This document shows, piece after piece, positions 33,701-43,399 of a DNA stretch of 64,000 bases. How positions within the stretch are numbered: position 1 is the first letter of the stretch; each line of letters starts with the position of its first letter. The stretch covers positions 372,001 through 436,000 of the forward strand of contig JAKMXF010000266.1 in assembly GCA_024704765.1 (NCBI GenBank). The letters are read 5' to 3'. The DNA comes from Oopsacas minuta (taxonomy: Eukaryota; Animalia; Porifera). The notes below the pieces were generated by a model. That model was not told the origin of the DNA and made no database searches. It saw only the letters and a list, made by a program, of their open reading frames with translations. Position numbers and translations under genes: made by a program.

Positions 33701-36700
33701 AAAGTCATTACAAGGCTTGAAGAGATTAATTAAATCGCTCAATGGAGATTGTTTGAAGGAGATAGACTTTTACAAATGTCCTAGTGGGAAATATTACGTC
33801 TACACATTGATGTCATTATCAACTTTAACTCTTGTGAATCCTCATCATTTGAAGAAAAATTATCATGGCCATGGTTTCAATGATGTAGACCATTATCCGA
33901 TGAATTCAGACCTCTATTTAGGACGTTTGTTTACTAACAGTATTCGCGATATTTCGCAGAGTCAAACAATAGAGAGTCATGACCAGGGCTATGTTGCTGA
34001 AGTTGAGGATTATTTCTCACCAGATCTTTCATTTTCTGTGAAGAAGAAAACACCACGTATCGTACAGGAAGCTCCAATCATTTATTTTCCAGAGGCAGTA
34101 CGTCAAGTGTTTATACTTTTTGAGATGAGTTTTGCTCCTCATAATTTGACTCACGAATTGTTAAAAGACGCACTCCCCACTTTTGAACTGCTCTTAGAAA
34201 TTCTTAAATCGCCATACAATTTACATATCCTTCATCTCTTGCAAATATTCTCCAAATTGATAAAGATTTGTGGTCATATACTAGTTGATAACAAATCAAT
34301 GGCAGAATCAGAATGTGGTGAAATGATAACAAGAATATTAAAAATCCTCGGGAAATATTCGATTAATCCTCAACAGCTAAAACAACTTCTCCTTCTTTTC
34401 CATAAAGCCAATTATACACACAAAATCGCTGAGATTCTAGCGTACATTTCTGATTTTTCTAAAGATGGATTAGTCCCTCCTTGCTGCTTCATATCATTTC
34501 CACTGACATCATTAAAATTCGATTTCATGTCTAAGGAGCAACATACTACAAAGTTACGATTCTGGGAATTGAAAGGTCACGAGAATTCTCTTATTCCTGA
34601 AGCAATTACCAAAAGTGAACATAAACCACATTACATACGTCTTCCTAAGACTGATTTTACAATGCTAGCTGGAGCTAGCTTCTCAATCTGGATGTCTGTT
34701 TCTCCCGGTCTGCAATCAACTCCTATATTTAGTATAGAAATGACTGATTCGTTCTCTGCTGTTACACATCGACTAGTTATAACAGCTAGCGATCAGTCAA
34801 GATCTATCAAAGTTACACCCATCACTATGAAAACAAAAACTGGACAAGCATTCTCTACAAATTTTGAGTGTGTAGAATTTGAGAATGTTCTCCGTCCTGG
34901 CATGTGGCAGAATTTAGGTGTATCGGTTTGGTATGATAAAGAACACAAAGGTACTCACGGTATTCGTGTATTTCTATTGCTGTATGTTGATGGTTCTAAA
35001 ATAGATGAAGTCAAGGAAATTAAATTCACCGAACCACGTCCAAACCACTGCCTATCCTTATGGCATGTGGTAATAGGTGGAGATGTCCCGGATATTCGAT
35101 TAATTAGCGGTGTAGGATCTACTAACTGGAAATTCTGTAGTTTAGTTGTATATCGAGCAATTTTAGGGTCAAAAGAGATGTATCATATTTACCGTCGCGG
35201 TCCACATGTAGCCAGTCCATATGGTCTGTTTAATGATCAAACAATCAAAAATGGGGAACTACCCGGTTTCTTATTCTCGTACTCCGCTTTTGAACACTGT
35301 ACTCTTCTCTACTCCCGGTCAAAAGGACTGCCTGATGCTATAAACGATGCTGTTGAAATCAAAATGATTGACGACCAAAGCCTGTTGATTCAACCTCAGA
35401 AATTACCACATCTTCCTGATGTATTGCACTGCTGGGGAGGTATTTCTGCTTTATTGTATCTAATAGCTATGCTGGTAAGAGATGGCGACCCTAACAATGA
35501 ATATCCAGTGTATTTAGTATTACAAACGATAAAATCTTGTTGTGAGCTACACCGATTTACAAATGAATCCATGATACAATTAAATGGAATTGTATTGTTG
35601 TCACGTGTTTTTGAAACTTCGAAAGCTCCTATTGGCGAGCAAATACTCGAGCTTTTCCTATCCTGGTGCAAGGATTACAATGGTCGTATTTGCTCCCCTG
35701 AGATATTACAGTATATCTTGTTAAACTGGAGAATTTGGAATCGTTGTCAGCCAGTTTGGAAATGTTTATTGAAGAAATTGAATAATTTTCTTACCGTAGA
35801 TGGAAACATAGAAATTTTCAGGAATACCAAAGCTCTGCATAGGTTGTTATTTAGTTTACAAGAGCGAAGTTTGGATAAATCTTTATCACCACTCTCCCTC
35901 GAGGTTGCTACCCAATATCTGATACTAATTCGTAGTCTAGTTGAGCAACAATTTGACGATAAGAAGACCTTTCAGATCAATTTGCGGCTTATAACAGAGT
36001 TCTTTTTCGTCAGTCAACTTCATCCTGACCCAGTTGAAAAATCTATCCGAGTGACAAGGGTTAACCTCACTGACTTTATGGAATCATCCCGTAATATTAA
36101 CTCTGACATTAGCCCGAGCGGTTTTATCGATATACGTACACCCGAAAACTCTCTTTTCCCAGGCAATCCAATAATTAATAATATCCTTAATTTACCTGAT
36201 ATAGACGATATCGACACAGTACATACTCAAAATCTTCCAGATAGTATGTTCCCTAACCAGCCACAGACACATAATACAGATCTGTATTCATCTTTCACTA
36301 ACTCTGTAAACATTACAATTGAATTGGAAGTCCTTAATCTGATATTTTCGGTTCTTGTCAACACTCCAGATTCGCTTTCTTACGTGTTTTTCGAAGACGA
36401 CACTCCACTCAAGCCTGAAATTCTCCTTCATGACTCTTGTATGTATACAGTTTGTCATCGTACTAAGGTTATAGATACACTTCGTATACTTTATCTTAGA
36501 GTTACAGAAATACATCGCCACCGATTCATGGAAATGCGAGGCTTCCATGTTTTGGGGGTGAAATTGTCCAAGCATTCTGTGTCACGAGATCTTGTTGAGG
36601 CTTGTTTCCGATGGATTAGCCCTGCAATAAAGCTAAATTTGGCTGGAGAACTTGGTTTAACTGATCGTACAATTCCATCTTTCAATCTCCACGCTGCCAT

Positions 36701-39700
36701 CCTTATTTTCTACATCATTGAGCCCTGTGCATTAGCCTGTGTTAAAACTTGCCATCAATCTCTATTGTTGTTGATGAAACTATTCCAAGATATACCGAAT
36801 TTCGCAAACTTATCATACAAAGAGCATTTACTAGAAAACTTCTATATTTTTGCATTTCAGCTCAAAGCAACTAAGAAATTCGATCTGATTGCTGAAGATG
36901 ATAAAGTTCTGTTATTCAAAGATATTAGAACATTCTTCCAGATTATCTGTTTCTACGCAATCATTAGTCCTTCTTTATTCAACATGCTTGAGGACTTTTT
37001 AACATTCTTTCATTCGTATGAGATGAAGTGTATGGGTGATCAAGAGTACCAAATCGGCTTGCAATTCAGTCGTGTGGTTCAGTATCTAGCTCTAAAAGAG
37101 AGTTTTACTATAATTCTTAACATGGACACCTCAAAAATAATTCCTCCTCTATCCATTGGGAAGATTGTAGAGCAGGAAGATTTGTCTAAAAGATTCAAAG
37201 AATTGATTTCTCGTGCGTTAGGCATCGTCCTCTTCACCACTCCAGTCTTCACAGAAGGCAACAGTACTTTCTATGCTCCTACTGTAGGTACAAATTCATA
37301 CCATCTCAATGAACAATCTGAGGAATTTGCTATGTTGGACGCTTCCATTACGATTATAATTTCAGATTTCAATTATACTTCTTCTGATATACAAAATGTT
37401 GATTGGTTATTCTCTTCAATGATACTTTTGAAACTTTCAGAAATTCTACTTTCACTTCGTAGGGAGTTGTATATGAAATACGAATCAGCTAAAAAAAATA
37501 GAAATTTTGTTGACAAACATAACCATCTTTCACAGTTTTTCAAGCTCTTCTCGTTTATGCTGGATACCAAACGGCCAAAAATACTCCGATCTTACACTAT
37601 ATGGTGTATGCTGCATCATAAAACATGTCGTTCTTTAGTAAAGGATATAGCTGGCGATGAAAAGAGCTCAGTTTTTTACGACTGCAAGGATTCACGGGAA
37701 CGCTTCTTAATTCGGTTAGTGTACAAGGCCAGTGAGCTGTTTCATCAATTCAGTCCAGATCCTAGTTTCTTTCCACCTGAAAAATGTCAACCTGTAATCG
37801 ATTTCTTTGATAACATCTTGGAAAGAAAGCAGAAGTCTTATCTTCCTCGTTCTTTTGCGAAATTTGCTGATATTTGGAACGAGAGAACCAAAAGTGAATA
37901 TTCTAAACTTACCGAGGTAAACAATACGTGGAAGAAAGAGGAGAATGAATCACGAACCTACTGGAACCAAGACATGGATAATCACCGTGCAACTGTGATA
38001 GAGGGTTGGCGTAGAGACAAGAAAGCTACACAGGAATCTAAGGAGCAAATAGATGAGATAGCATTAGAATTGCAGGTTAGAATCAAACAATCTGCTCTAC
38101 AAAACCTTAGAGAATGGCATACACATGTACTTGGTTGTTTGCATAGTTGGCGGTTTTTAATACAGAATATGATGCATGACAGGTCACTTTGGTTCGGCGA
38201 TGACAACCGTCATAAAATTTGGGGGCTCGATCCAACTGAAGGTCCGAATCGAATTAGAATGAGATTAATGCAAATGCCCTGTGATATTCAACCTGAATTT
38301 TTTTACGGAAATAAACAATTTTCAACAGATACAAAACATCCAATGATTTATCTATTCCTTGACCTCCCAGAACATTTAAAAGACATCCAATTGAATGAGA
38401 AACCTCCTTATGATGATATAATCTTAGATAAACCTTGCTCTAGCATCAGTCAAGACCACAAGAGAAATGGAACCCTTATTATCACCCTGAAAGAAGTATT
38501 CTTTTTCTCAGACCAACCTCTCAAAGAGATTTCCCATACAAAACTACTGCCTTATGATAGTGAATGCACTGCTGTTTCGTGGAAGATTGCGGATTTAGCT
38601 CATATATACCAGCGGCTTTGTAAGCTAAAAGATATAGCTCTCGAGTTCTGTTTACATAATGGACACACACTATTTCTAGAGTTTGAAGGAAAGAAAGACC
38701 GCGATGACGTATACGATAAAATCCTATACTTACACACTGGGAAATTGAAAAATAACATGAATACAAAGCTAAAGGATCGTGTGGAGGAGTGTATAGCTAA
38801 ATGGCGTCAGGGTGGATCTAACTTCCAACTTATCATGGACTTAAATCAGTTAGCCGGTCGTACTTTCAATGACCTTATGCAGTATCCAGTATTCCCATTC
38901 GTTCTCAACGATTATACAAGTAATGAATTGAATCTTGAAGATTCCAAATCTTTCAGAGATCTTTCTTTACCTTTACCAGCACAATCTGAACAAGGTAGAA
39001 GTAAACTAACTGAGAATTACAATGAAACTGAGCATGAGTTAATGTACACTAGCCTATACTCTAATACACCATCAGTTTTGTATTTCTTAATTCGTATTCC
39101 ACCTTTCACTCAACAGTTTATTGTATTTCAAGGAGGTAAGTTTGATTGTGCTGACCGATCTTTCCATAACATACAGACTATATGGAATCAAAATACTGAG
39201 CCTGGATCGAAAAGTTTCAAAGAATTAATTCCTGAATTTTTCTACTTTCCAGAGATCTTCCTCAATAGGGCCGATTTAAACCTGGGAGTACGTCAATGTA
39301 AGAGCCTTGTAACGGACGTAGAGTTGCCTAGTTGGGCCTCGAATGATCCTAGACTTTTCGTTTTGAAACACAGAGAAGCTCTGGAATCTCCCTTTGTTTC
39401 GAAAAACATTCACAAATGGTTGGACCTTATTTTCGGTTGCAAGCAACGAGACGAAGGTGCAATCAATTCATATAATGTGTTTGATAAACGTTTATATAGT
39501 TTTTCTGATATGCCTGAGTATGATCGATTTGTGCAGTTGAAAATGCTCGAGCACACTGGCCAAGTCCCCAAACAGTTAATGCCTTCTAAACAATTTCCTG
39601 CTAAAGACTATACTCTGACTCGCATGCCTCTTGGCATCCTCCCCGTTGCTATGGTAGGCAGTACATCACGAAAATCTCCAACAACTAGCTTTCTCAATAA

Positions 39701-40688
39701 CATCGCAGACATTGATATAATTCATCTAATTCCATATGACAATGAGTATTTTATTGGCAAAAGCCGTAAGCAGTATCCAGATTTAGAGATCAAAGAATCA
39801 CAATCTCATAAACGCGAAAAGACCATCACACAATTAACTTATTATGAGAATGATTTCGCATTGATAGCAGTGTCGGGTAATAATTGTATATCTTTGAGAA
39901 GCAAGAGGAGCCATGGGGAATTCCAAGGCGTTGTTGCCTTGCTTAGGTGGGACTTTTGGGATGACCATATCGAGTTTCGAGAATTGAAGGAAAAAACGAC
40001 TAGCTCTTGCTATGTGTATGGACATCCACTTGAGAAAATCACTGTTTGTCAGTTCATCGATAGCGAAGTGTTCATTACAGGTAGTTCCATGGGTGTGGTT
40101 ACATATTGGCAGACACAACGGGATCAGAAAGATATCCTTATTACTGCAAAACCATCTTTCTTACATGGACATTCTGAGCCTGTGACTGCACTTGCCGTTT
40201 GCATTCCTTACAGCATAATGGTGTCCGGGTCAGCTGATCGAAGTATAATCGTTTGGGATATAAATAGAATTGCATTTGTGCGAAGTATTTCCACTCCAAA
40301 AGAAGCAGGTGATGTCACGTGCATAGCAATTAGCCATACGTTAGGTGATATATCTGTAGCGTGTGAAAGTGGTGGTGGTGGTAGTACATTGTCTGTATGG
40401 ACGATTAATGGACAGTTTGTTAAGCAGTTGAATGTCAATGTTGGTATCACTTGTATGCAGTATACAGCTGCATTAGAGGGTGTATATGTTAACGTTTTAG
40501 TTACTGGACATCGTGATGGATGGGTTCGGTTTTTGAGTTCTTGGAATCTTACGATTATTCGTGAACTGAATACCTACACCAACAATAATATCACTGCACT
40601 CGCTTTTGGTCCTAGTTATAAAGAGATTGTTGTTGCTTCAGAGAACGGATGTGTTAGCTTATGGAATCTTCAACCTAGATATCATTGA
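30747..40688 (+). CDS. LYST: Lysosomal trafficking regulator (ARM-like region, ConA/LamG-like, PH, BEACH, WD40), single 9.9-kb coding exon
   Basis: WRFLIQNMMHDRSLW...LDPTEGPNRIRMRL is the LYST-type pre-PH motif. BEACH: LNQLAGRTFNDLMQYPVFPFVL, FQGGKFDCADRSF, KELIPEFF, IHKWLDLIFG. C-terminal WD40 repeats (LHGHSEPVTAL). Confidence 0.92.
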   Translation: MSIYYDYSDDVSPVPLNIDLSYSHTDSYIVSPNLLHTIGDLECSHKEQNSIQDIVSEQLLVEWESYLREESESSKLNKLKSFLECFLSLYSIQPTQAIASFPGDISFVCTLLAKELITLVNQIKLDIYKEPDSLTSHHIQPKNCLRSCDKLEYLSNDFGYLLLHTLNILCGQVSPGHVELPLKILLILKQIIPNLDLSKPQRILSEIAEQNFANVKFISIDELSNRNIKVRQILFDPLQIERGTRGEYASSDVLLSEWSQSNKYSNNFEIFSEKIDSLCAKSNIEIVVILLSLFENLVQTESIIGNAIKIHVCLVHGLMDVHKKICDQEIFAFSDTKPDEDISQSAVSLRMLFLRLSLRVSFSELLLVSRHTQVLLFLLKTAPTATFSFLKNTLQLPTHTNHIGFKTVICEALNGTMLIGKMIVARLDSLGAKQRCVLIEFLEFLGENLFSIIPETIRKIDENYEESSELDSHNSNLLIVTLKSANASLINFLDELFKISFEELKSYANTLASSLINLIISKDVGIWIMSHLLFALRNSKSSPEIIHALTFSPFLNNISKFHDNPDIQSQILDIIENTLIRMSDHEENSYHSKFVRKTISWKFLEIYQLMLSPTTHLRSGPGKLIGVQERKALLNHLARLLHLGGFQLRKTVVFQVLFPLLVAINRYITNKPVSSPEEIIIIEPDIIKEEAVSLLELVSSSLQLLSKTSKLREHGEFFFEDGVEKELYENYLEILFSWIGNQNELRKAVIKSLKCVCMRESRQFFTCKVSFNRTSESIIVPSHPLNIDDPLASLSKSMNFADDNEEMRFQTIPLRNGTFLFGLILGLSTLPDPTNTLASSELWSYAHENYELKLNSDTSIKRALSELYLSPDFGNIINNLPAILSRLELHRDLWRAVAEILSHQHPSSSFLAQWIIGHKLDDLFVTCAHGLGKFMKKLNEFLNYNMDCPNALLQISAVLVSMFTYAISIKGLCCVVSLKTDLPRSKSLQGLKRLIKSLNGDCLKEIDFYKCPSGKYYVYTLMSLSTLTLVNPHHLKKNYHGHGFNDVDHYPMNSDLYLGRLFTNSIRDISQSQTIESHDQGYVAEVEDYFSPDLSFSVKKKTPRIVQEAPIIYFPEAVRQVFILFEMSFAPHNLTHELLKDALPTFELLLEILKSPYNLHILHLLQIFSKLIKICGHILVDNKSMAESECGEMITRILKILGKYSINPQQLKQLLLLFHKANYTHKIAEILAYISDFSKDGLVPPCCFISFPLTSLKFDFMSKEQHTTKLRFWELKGHENSLIPEAITKSEHKPHYIRLPKTDFTMLAGASFSIWMSVSPGLQSTPIFSIEMTDSFSAVTHRLVITASDQSRSIKVTPITMKTKTGQAFSTNFECVEFENVLRPGMWQNLGVSVWYDKEHKGTHGIRVFLLLYVDGSKIDEVKEIKFTEPRPNHCLSLWHVVIGGDVPDIRLISGVGSTNWKFCSLVVYRAILGSKEMYHIYRRGPHVASPYGLFNDQTIKNGELPGFLFSYSAFEHCTLLYSRSKGLPDAINDAVEIKMIDDQSLLIQPQKLPHLPDVLHCWGGISALLYLIAMLVRDGDPNNEYPVYLVLQTIKSCCELHRFTNESMIQLNGIVLLSRVFETSKAPIGEQILELFLSWCKDYNGRICSPEILQYILLNWRIWNRCQPVWKCLLKKLNNFLTVDGNIEIFRNTKALHRLLFSLQERSLDKSLSPLSLEVATQYLILIRSLVEQQFDDKKTFQINLRLITEFFFVSQLHPDPVEKSIRVTRVNLTDFMESSRNINSDISPSGFIDIRTPENSLFPGNPIINNILNLPDIDDIDTVHTQNLPDSMFPNQPQTHNTDLYSSFTNSVNITIELEVLNLIFSVLVNTPDSLSYVFFEDDTPLKPEILLHDSCMYTVCHRTKVIDTLRILYLRVTEIHRHRFMEMRGFHVLGVKLSKHSVSRDLVEACFRWISPAIKLNLAGELGLTDRTIPSFNLHAAILIFYIIEPCALACVKTCHQSLLLLMKLFQDIPNFANLSYKEHLLENFYIFAFQLKATKKFDLIAEDDKVLLFKDIRTFFQIICFYAIISPSLFNMLEDFLTFFHSYEMKCMGDQEYQIGLQFSRVVQYLALKESFTIILNMDTSKIIPPLSIGKIVEQEDLSKRFKELISRALGIVLFTTPVFTEGNSTFYAPTVGTNSYHLNEQSEEFAMLDASITIIISDFNYTSSDIQNVDWLFSSMILLKLSEILLSLRRELYMKYESAKKNRNFVDKHNHLSQFFKLFSFMLDTKRPKILRSYTIWCMLHHKTCRSLVKDIAGDEKSSVFYDCKDSRERFLIRLVYKASELFHQFSPDPSFFPPEKCQPVIDFFDNILERKQKSYLPRSFAKFADIWNERTKSEYSKLTEVNNTWKKEENESRTYWNQDMDNHRATVIEGWRRDKKATQESKEQIDEIALELQVRIKQSALQNLREWHTHVLGCLHSWRFLIQNMMHDRSLWFGDDNRHKIWGLDPTEGPNRIRMRLMQMPCDIQPEFFYGNKQFSTDTKHPMIYLFLDLPEHLKDIQLNEKPPYDDIILDKPCSSISQDHKRNGTLIITLKEVFFFSDQPLKEISHTKLLPYDSECTAVSWKIADLAHIYQRLCKLKDIALEFCLHNGHTLFLEFEGKKDRDDVYDKILYLHTGKLKNNMNTKLKDRVEECIAKWRQGGSNFQLIMDLNQLAGRTFNDLMQYPVFPFVLNDYTSNELNLEDSKSFRDLSLPLPAQSEQGRSKLTENYNETEHELMYTSLYSNTPSVLYFLIRIPPFTQQFIVFQGGKFDCADRSFHNIQTIWNQNTEPGSKSFKELIPEFFYFPEIFLNRADLNLGVRQCKSLVTDVELPSWASNDPRLFVLKHREALESPFVSKNIHKWLDLIFGCKQRDEGAINSYNVFDKRLYSFSDMPEYDRFVQLKMLEHTGQVPKQLMPSKQFPAKDYTLTRMPLGILPVAMVGSTSRKSPTTSFLNNIADIDIIHLIPYDNEYFIGKSRKQYPDLEIKESQSHKREKTITQLTYYENDFALIAVSGNNCISLRSKRSHGEFQGVVALLRWDFWDDHIEFRELKEKTTSSCYVYGHPLEKITVCQFIDSEVFITGSSMGVVTYWQTQRDQKDILITAKPSFLHGHSEPVTALAVCIPYSIMVSGSADRSIIVWDINRIAFVRSISTPKEAGDVTCIAISHTLGDISVACESGGGGSTLSVWTINGQFVKQLNVNVGITCMQYTAALEGVYVNVLVTGHRDGWVRFLSSWNLTIIRELNTYTNNNITALAFGPSYKEIVVASENGCVSLWNLQPRYH

Positions 40689-41079
40689 CTTTCTCCAATT
40701 AATCCTCAATAGTTCTACAAATATTGCATGTGTGAATAATCCTTTTTTGTGTGGACTGGGCCAAGATACGGTACGGTTCTGGATGAAGGTGATTACATAT
40801 ACTTATACTGTCTATGGAATAATGTGGTTTGGTATGTTCGGTTCTATGTATCATCTATTTGAGTTCTATTAAACTATTCATGTTTTATTTCAATTTTTGT
40901 GTATATATATTATATAGAAAAATTGTAGTTTGTGGCTATTAAAGTTGGGTTTTAACTTCTCAATAGACGTGAAAATTCGATCATAACTGTGTCTACTGTC
41001 ACTAATTTTATTGAATGTATTCAATGAAGCAAAATGAAATGAGACACTAAAATATGCTTCCATTGAATATTATTATACA

Positions 41080-41163
41080 CAGTGGAACTTCGTTAATACA
41101 AACACCAATGGACTGTTAAAATTTGTTCGCTTTATGCGGAGTTCATATTAACCGGAGTAACTG
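41080..41163. mobile_element. Degenerate pogo/Tigger-like MITE
   Basis: CAGTGGAACTTCGTTAATAC ... ATTAACCGGAGTAACTG. Confidence 0.45.
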
Positions 41164-41804
41164 ATTTGATGTAAATACTTTTCGTCTTTCCGTAAACTCG
41201 TATTAACAAGGTTACATTGTAATTTATCTAATCAAAATTTTGTCAGCCTGTACAGATTATTTTGACTAACAGTCTTTTAATATTTAGAAATTCTCGGTTT
41301 ATTATTATATCATTTTCCCTGCTGCCACAATATACTTGACAGACCATTAATTTATTCATATATTAACACGACCCGAATATTTTCTCGGGAAAATGGTTTA
41401 ATAGGTTATTTTCGATACGCGTCCTCCCAATTTCTAGCGATTCATTTAACTCTCGTTACTATCTTTCACAAAGGTCACCTTCAACTAATCCCTTAATTAG
41501 TTATTTAAATAGATAAATAACTAAGTGATATCTCTCTAATATTCGAATCCATTAAAGTTAACCTTACTACTATTCTCTATACAGGGTCATTTGAACTTTA
41601 ATCCCTTAATATTATTCCAATACTTAAACCCAGGCTATCAGTAATAATATGATATATAGAAATGTGGGCGTAGTTTACAGAATATTGTTATTTATTCAAT
41701 AAGTGTTTTGAATGAGTTTATATCCATCAAGGCATCTAGAATAATTGTATTGCACTGTTTTGTATCTTAAAATTAATTATACAAAGTGTATGATAATTAG
41801 ATTA

Positions 41805-42944
41805 ATGTCGGGGTTTGAATTTAAGCTACACGATGATGAGCCCACCCTCGCCCACACAGGTGCCTTAAAATGTGCTCTCTGCAATAACAATCTTGCTCGA
41901 TATACTTGCCCAAAATGTGGAGTATCTTATTGTGGTATTCAGTGCTACAGGTCGCGAATACACTCAGAATGTAGTGAGAAATTTTATCAACAAAATGTAC
42001 GTGAAGAGATTTCCTCGCGAAAGGTCACACAAGAACAGGAAGAAGCTATATTACAACTCTTAACAAATGAACTATCAGATATTTTTGATGGCGAGGAAAA
42101 TATGGACTTAGAAACTAGACTTGAAGGTTTGGATTTGGATAAAGATACTGAAGAAATATGGTCGAGATTAACTCAAGATGAAAAAGAGGAATTTGATAAA
42201 ACCATGGGTAGATATGTGCCTGGTTACAAGGCATGGTGGAAGGAATTCGATCTTGTGCTAGATGAATCTGTTTCTGACAAACCGTTCCCTAAGCTTTATC
42301 CCCAAATTCCAGGGATAGGTGATATCTTCACAGGGAAACTCAGTGAAACTTTAAAATATGACGTCATTAACGTGCTCTACACTTATGTGTGTATTCATCG
42401 CATGTATAATGGAGAATTCTCTTCAATGCATGAGCATGTAACTGAGGATATTCTTGGAATTTCGTTAGTTTTAAGAGGTGAAGGATCTTTTTCTGGATTA
42501 GCTGAGGCTCTTAATCATCCTGCTATGACATTATTACAAATGAAAGAGTTGGAATGGCCGTACGATTTTGTATTTGGATTTTTTACTGATGTAATTGAGA
42601 TTATCTCACGAAAAAATTTGAAAACTTCTATTTCTTATGTGTTGTATTGTTTATCAGATTTATGGGATGTTTTTGGTAAATCTTTGAAAGTTAGGAAAAA
42701 GTCGGAAAATTTAAAGCAAATGAAAAAGACATTAATTTTGGCTCAAAAGAAATTGTATTTTTATCTTTGTTGGGCCAGAGATCAAGATATTCTGCTTATT
42801 GAACTCTGCGAATTGATTCAGATAGAATTGCAAGCCAAACAGTTAGAATACAAAGCTTTCAATGAGTCGAAACGGAAAATTAAAAGCAAGTTGAACAGAG
42901 ATAAACGGAAAAGCAAACATCAGTTAGTCCAAGAAATAATTTGA
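41805..42944 (+). CDS. ZNHIT2: Zinc finger HIT domain protein 2
   Basis: CALC...YTCPKCGVSYCGIQCYRSRIHSECSEKFY followed by LETRLEGLDLD...IWSRLT...EF. First plausible ATG is 41805. Confidence 0.85.
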   Translation: MSGFEFKLHDDEPTLAHTGALKCALCNNNLARYTCPKCGVSYCGIQCYRSRIHSECSEKFYQQNVREEISSRKVTQEQEEAILQLLTNELSDIFDGEENMDLETRLEGLDLDKDTEEIWSRLTQDEKEEFDKTMGRYVPGYKAWWKEFDLVLDESVSDKPFPKLYPQIPGIGDIFTGKLSETLKYDVINVLYTYVCIHRMYNGEFSSMHEHVTEDILGISLVLRGEGSFSGLAEALNHPAMTLLQMKELEWPYDFVFGFFTDVIEIISRKNLKTSISYVLYCLSDLWDVFGKSLKVRKKSENLKQMKKTLILAQKKLYFYLCWARDQDILLIELCELIQIELQAKQLEYKAFNESKRKIKSKLNRDKRKSKHQLVQEII

Positions 42945-43399
42945 ATGCGCTTTTGTTTAAAAACTGAAATTTTCTATCAAATTGCTGAAGTGTGTAGGGA
43001 AAACCGCGAACAATCGAGGGAATGAGTCGCGAACAACAAAGCAAAATACAAAATATCATCCGCGAATAGTCGAAATCGCCGACGCGCTGCCTGCATTCAT
43101 AAAATATTCAATTATTTATTCTTGTTATATCATAGATTCTATTCGGGAATAGATAATTCAGTGAAATTTGTTCCTGGCTTGAACATTTATGTGACATACG
43201 AATTACTTGTTATCCCTATTACATGTGTAGATTATCTTTTAACTAATTTTATTGTTATTTTCCACAGTTATTTTGCTATAAGTATCACAGCTGTTTAAAT
43301 GTGAATATTTTATGCGAATTTAAGCTATCAAGAACCTTGAAATTCTATTTACTAGTTATAAGTATCATTATATTATGTACTATGATCAGCTTAGCAGAA

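Noticed and set aside
1293-40450. Many 60-111-aa ORFs antisense to or overlapping the long genes (e.g. 6957-7292, 8013-8336, 35396-35671)
   Set aside because: They are shadow frames of real CDSs, with no motifs or independent signals.
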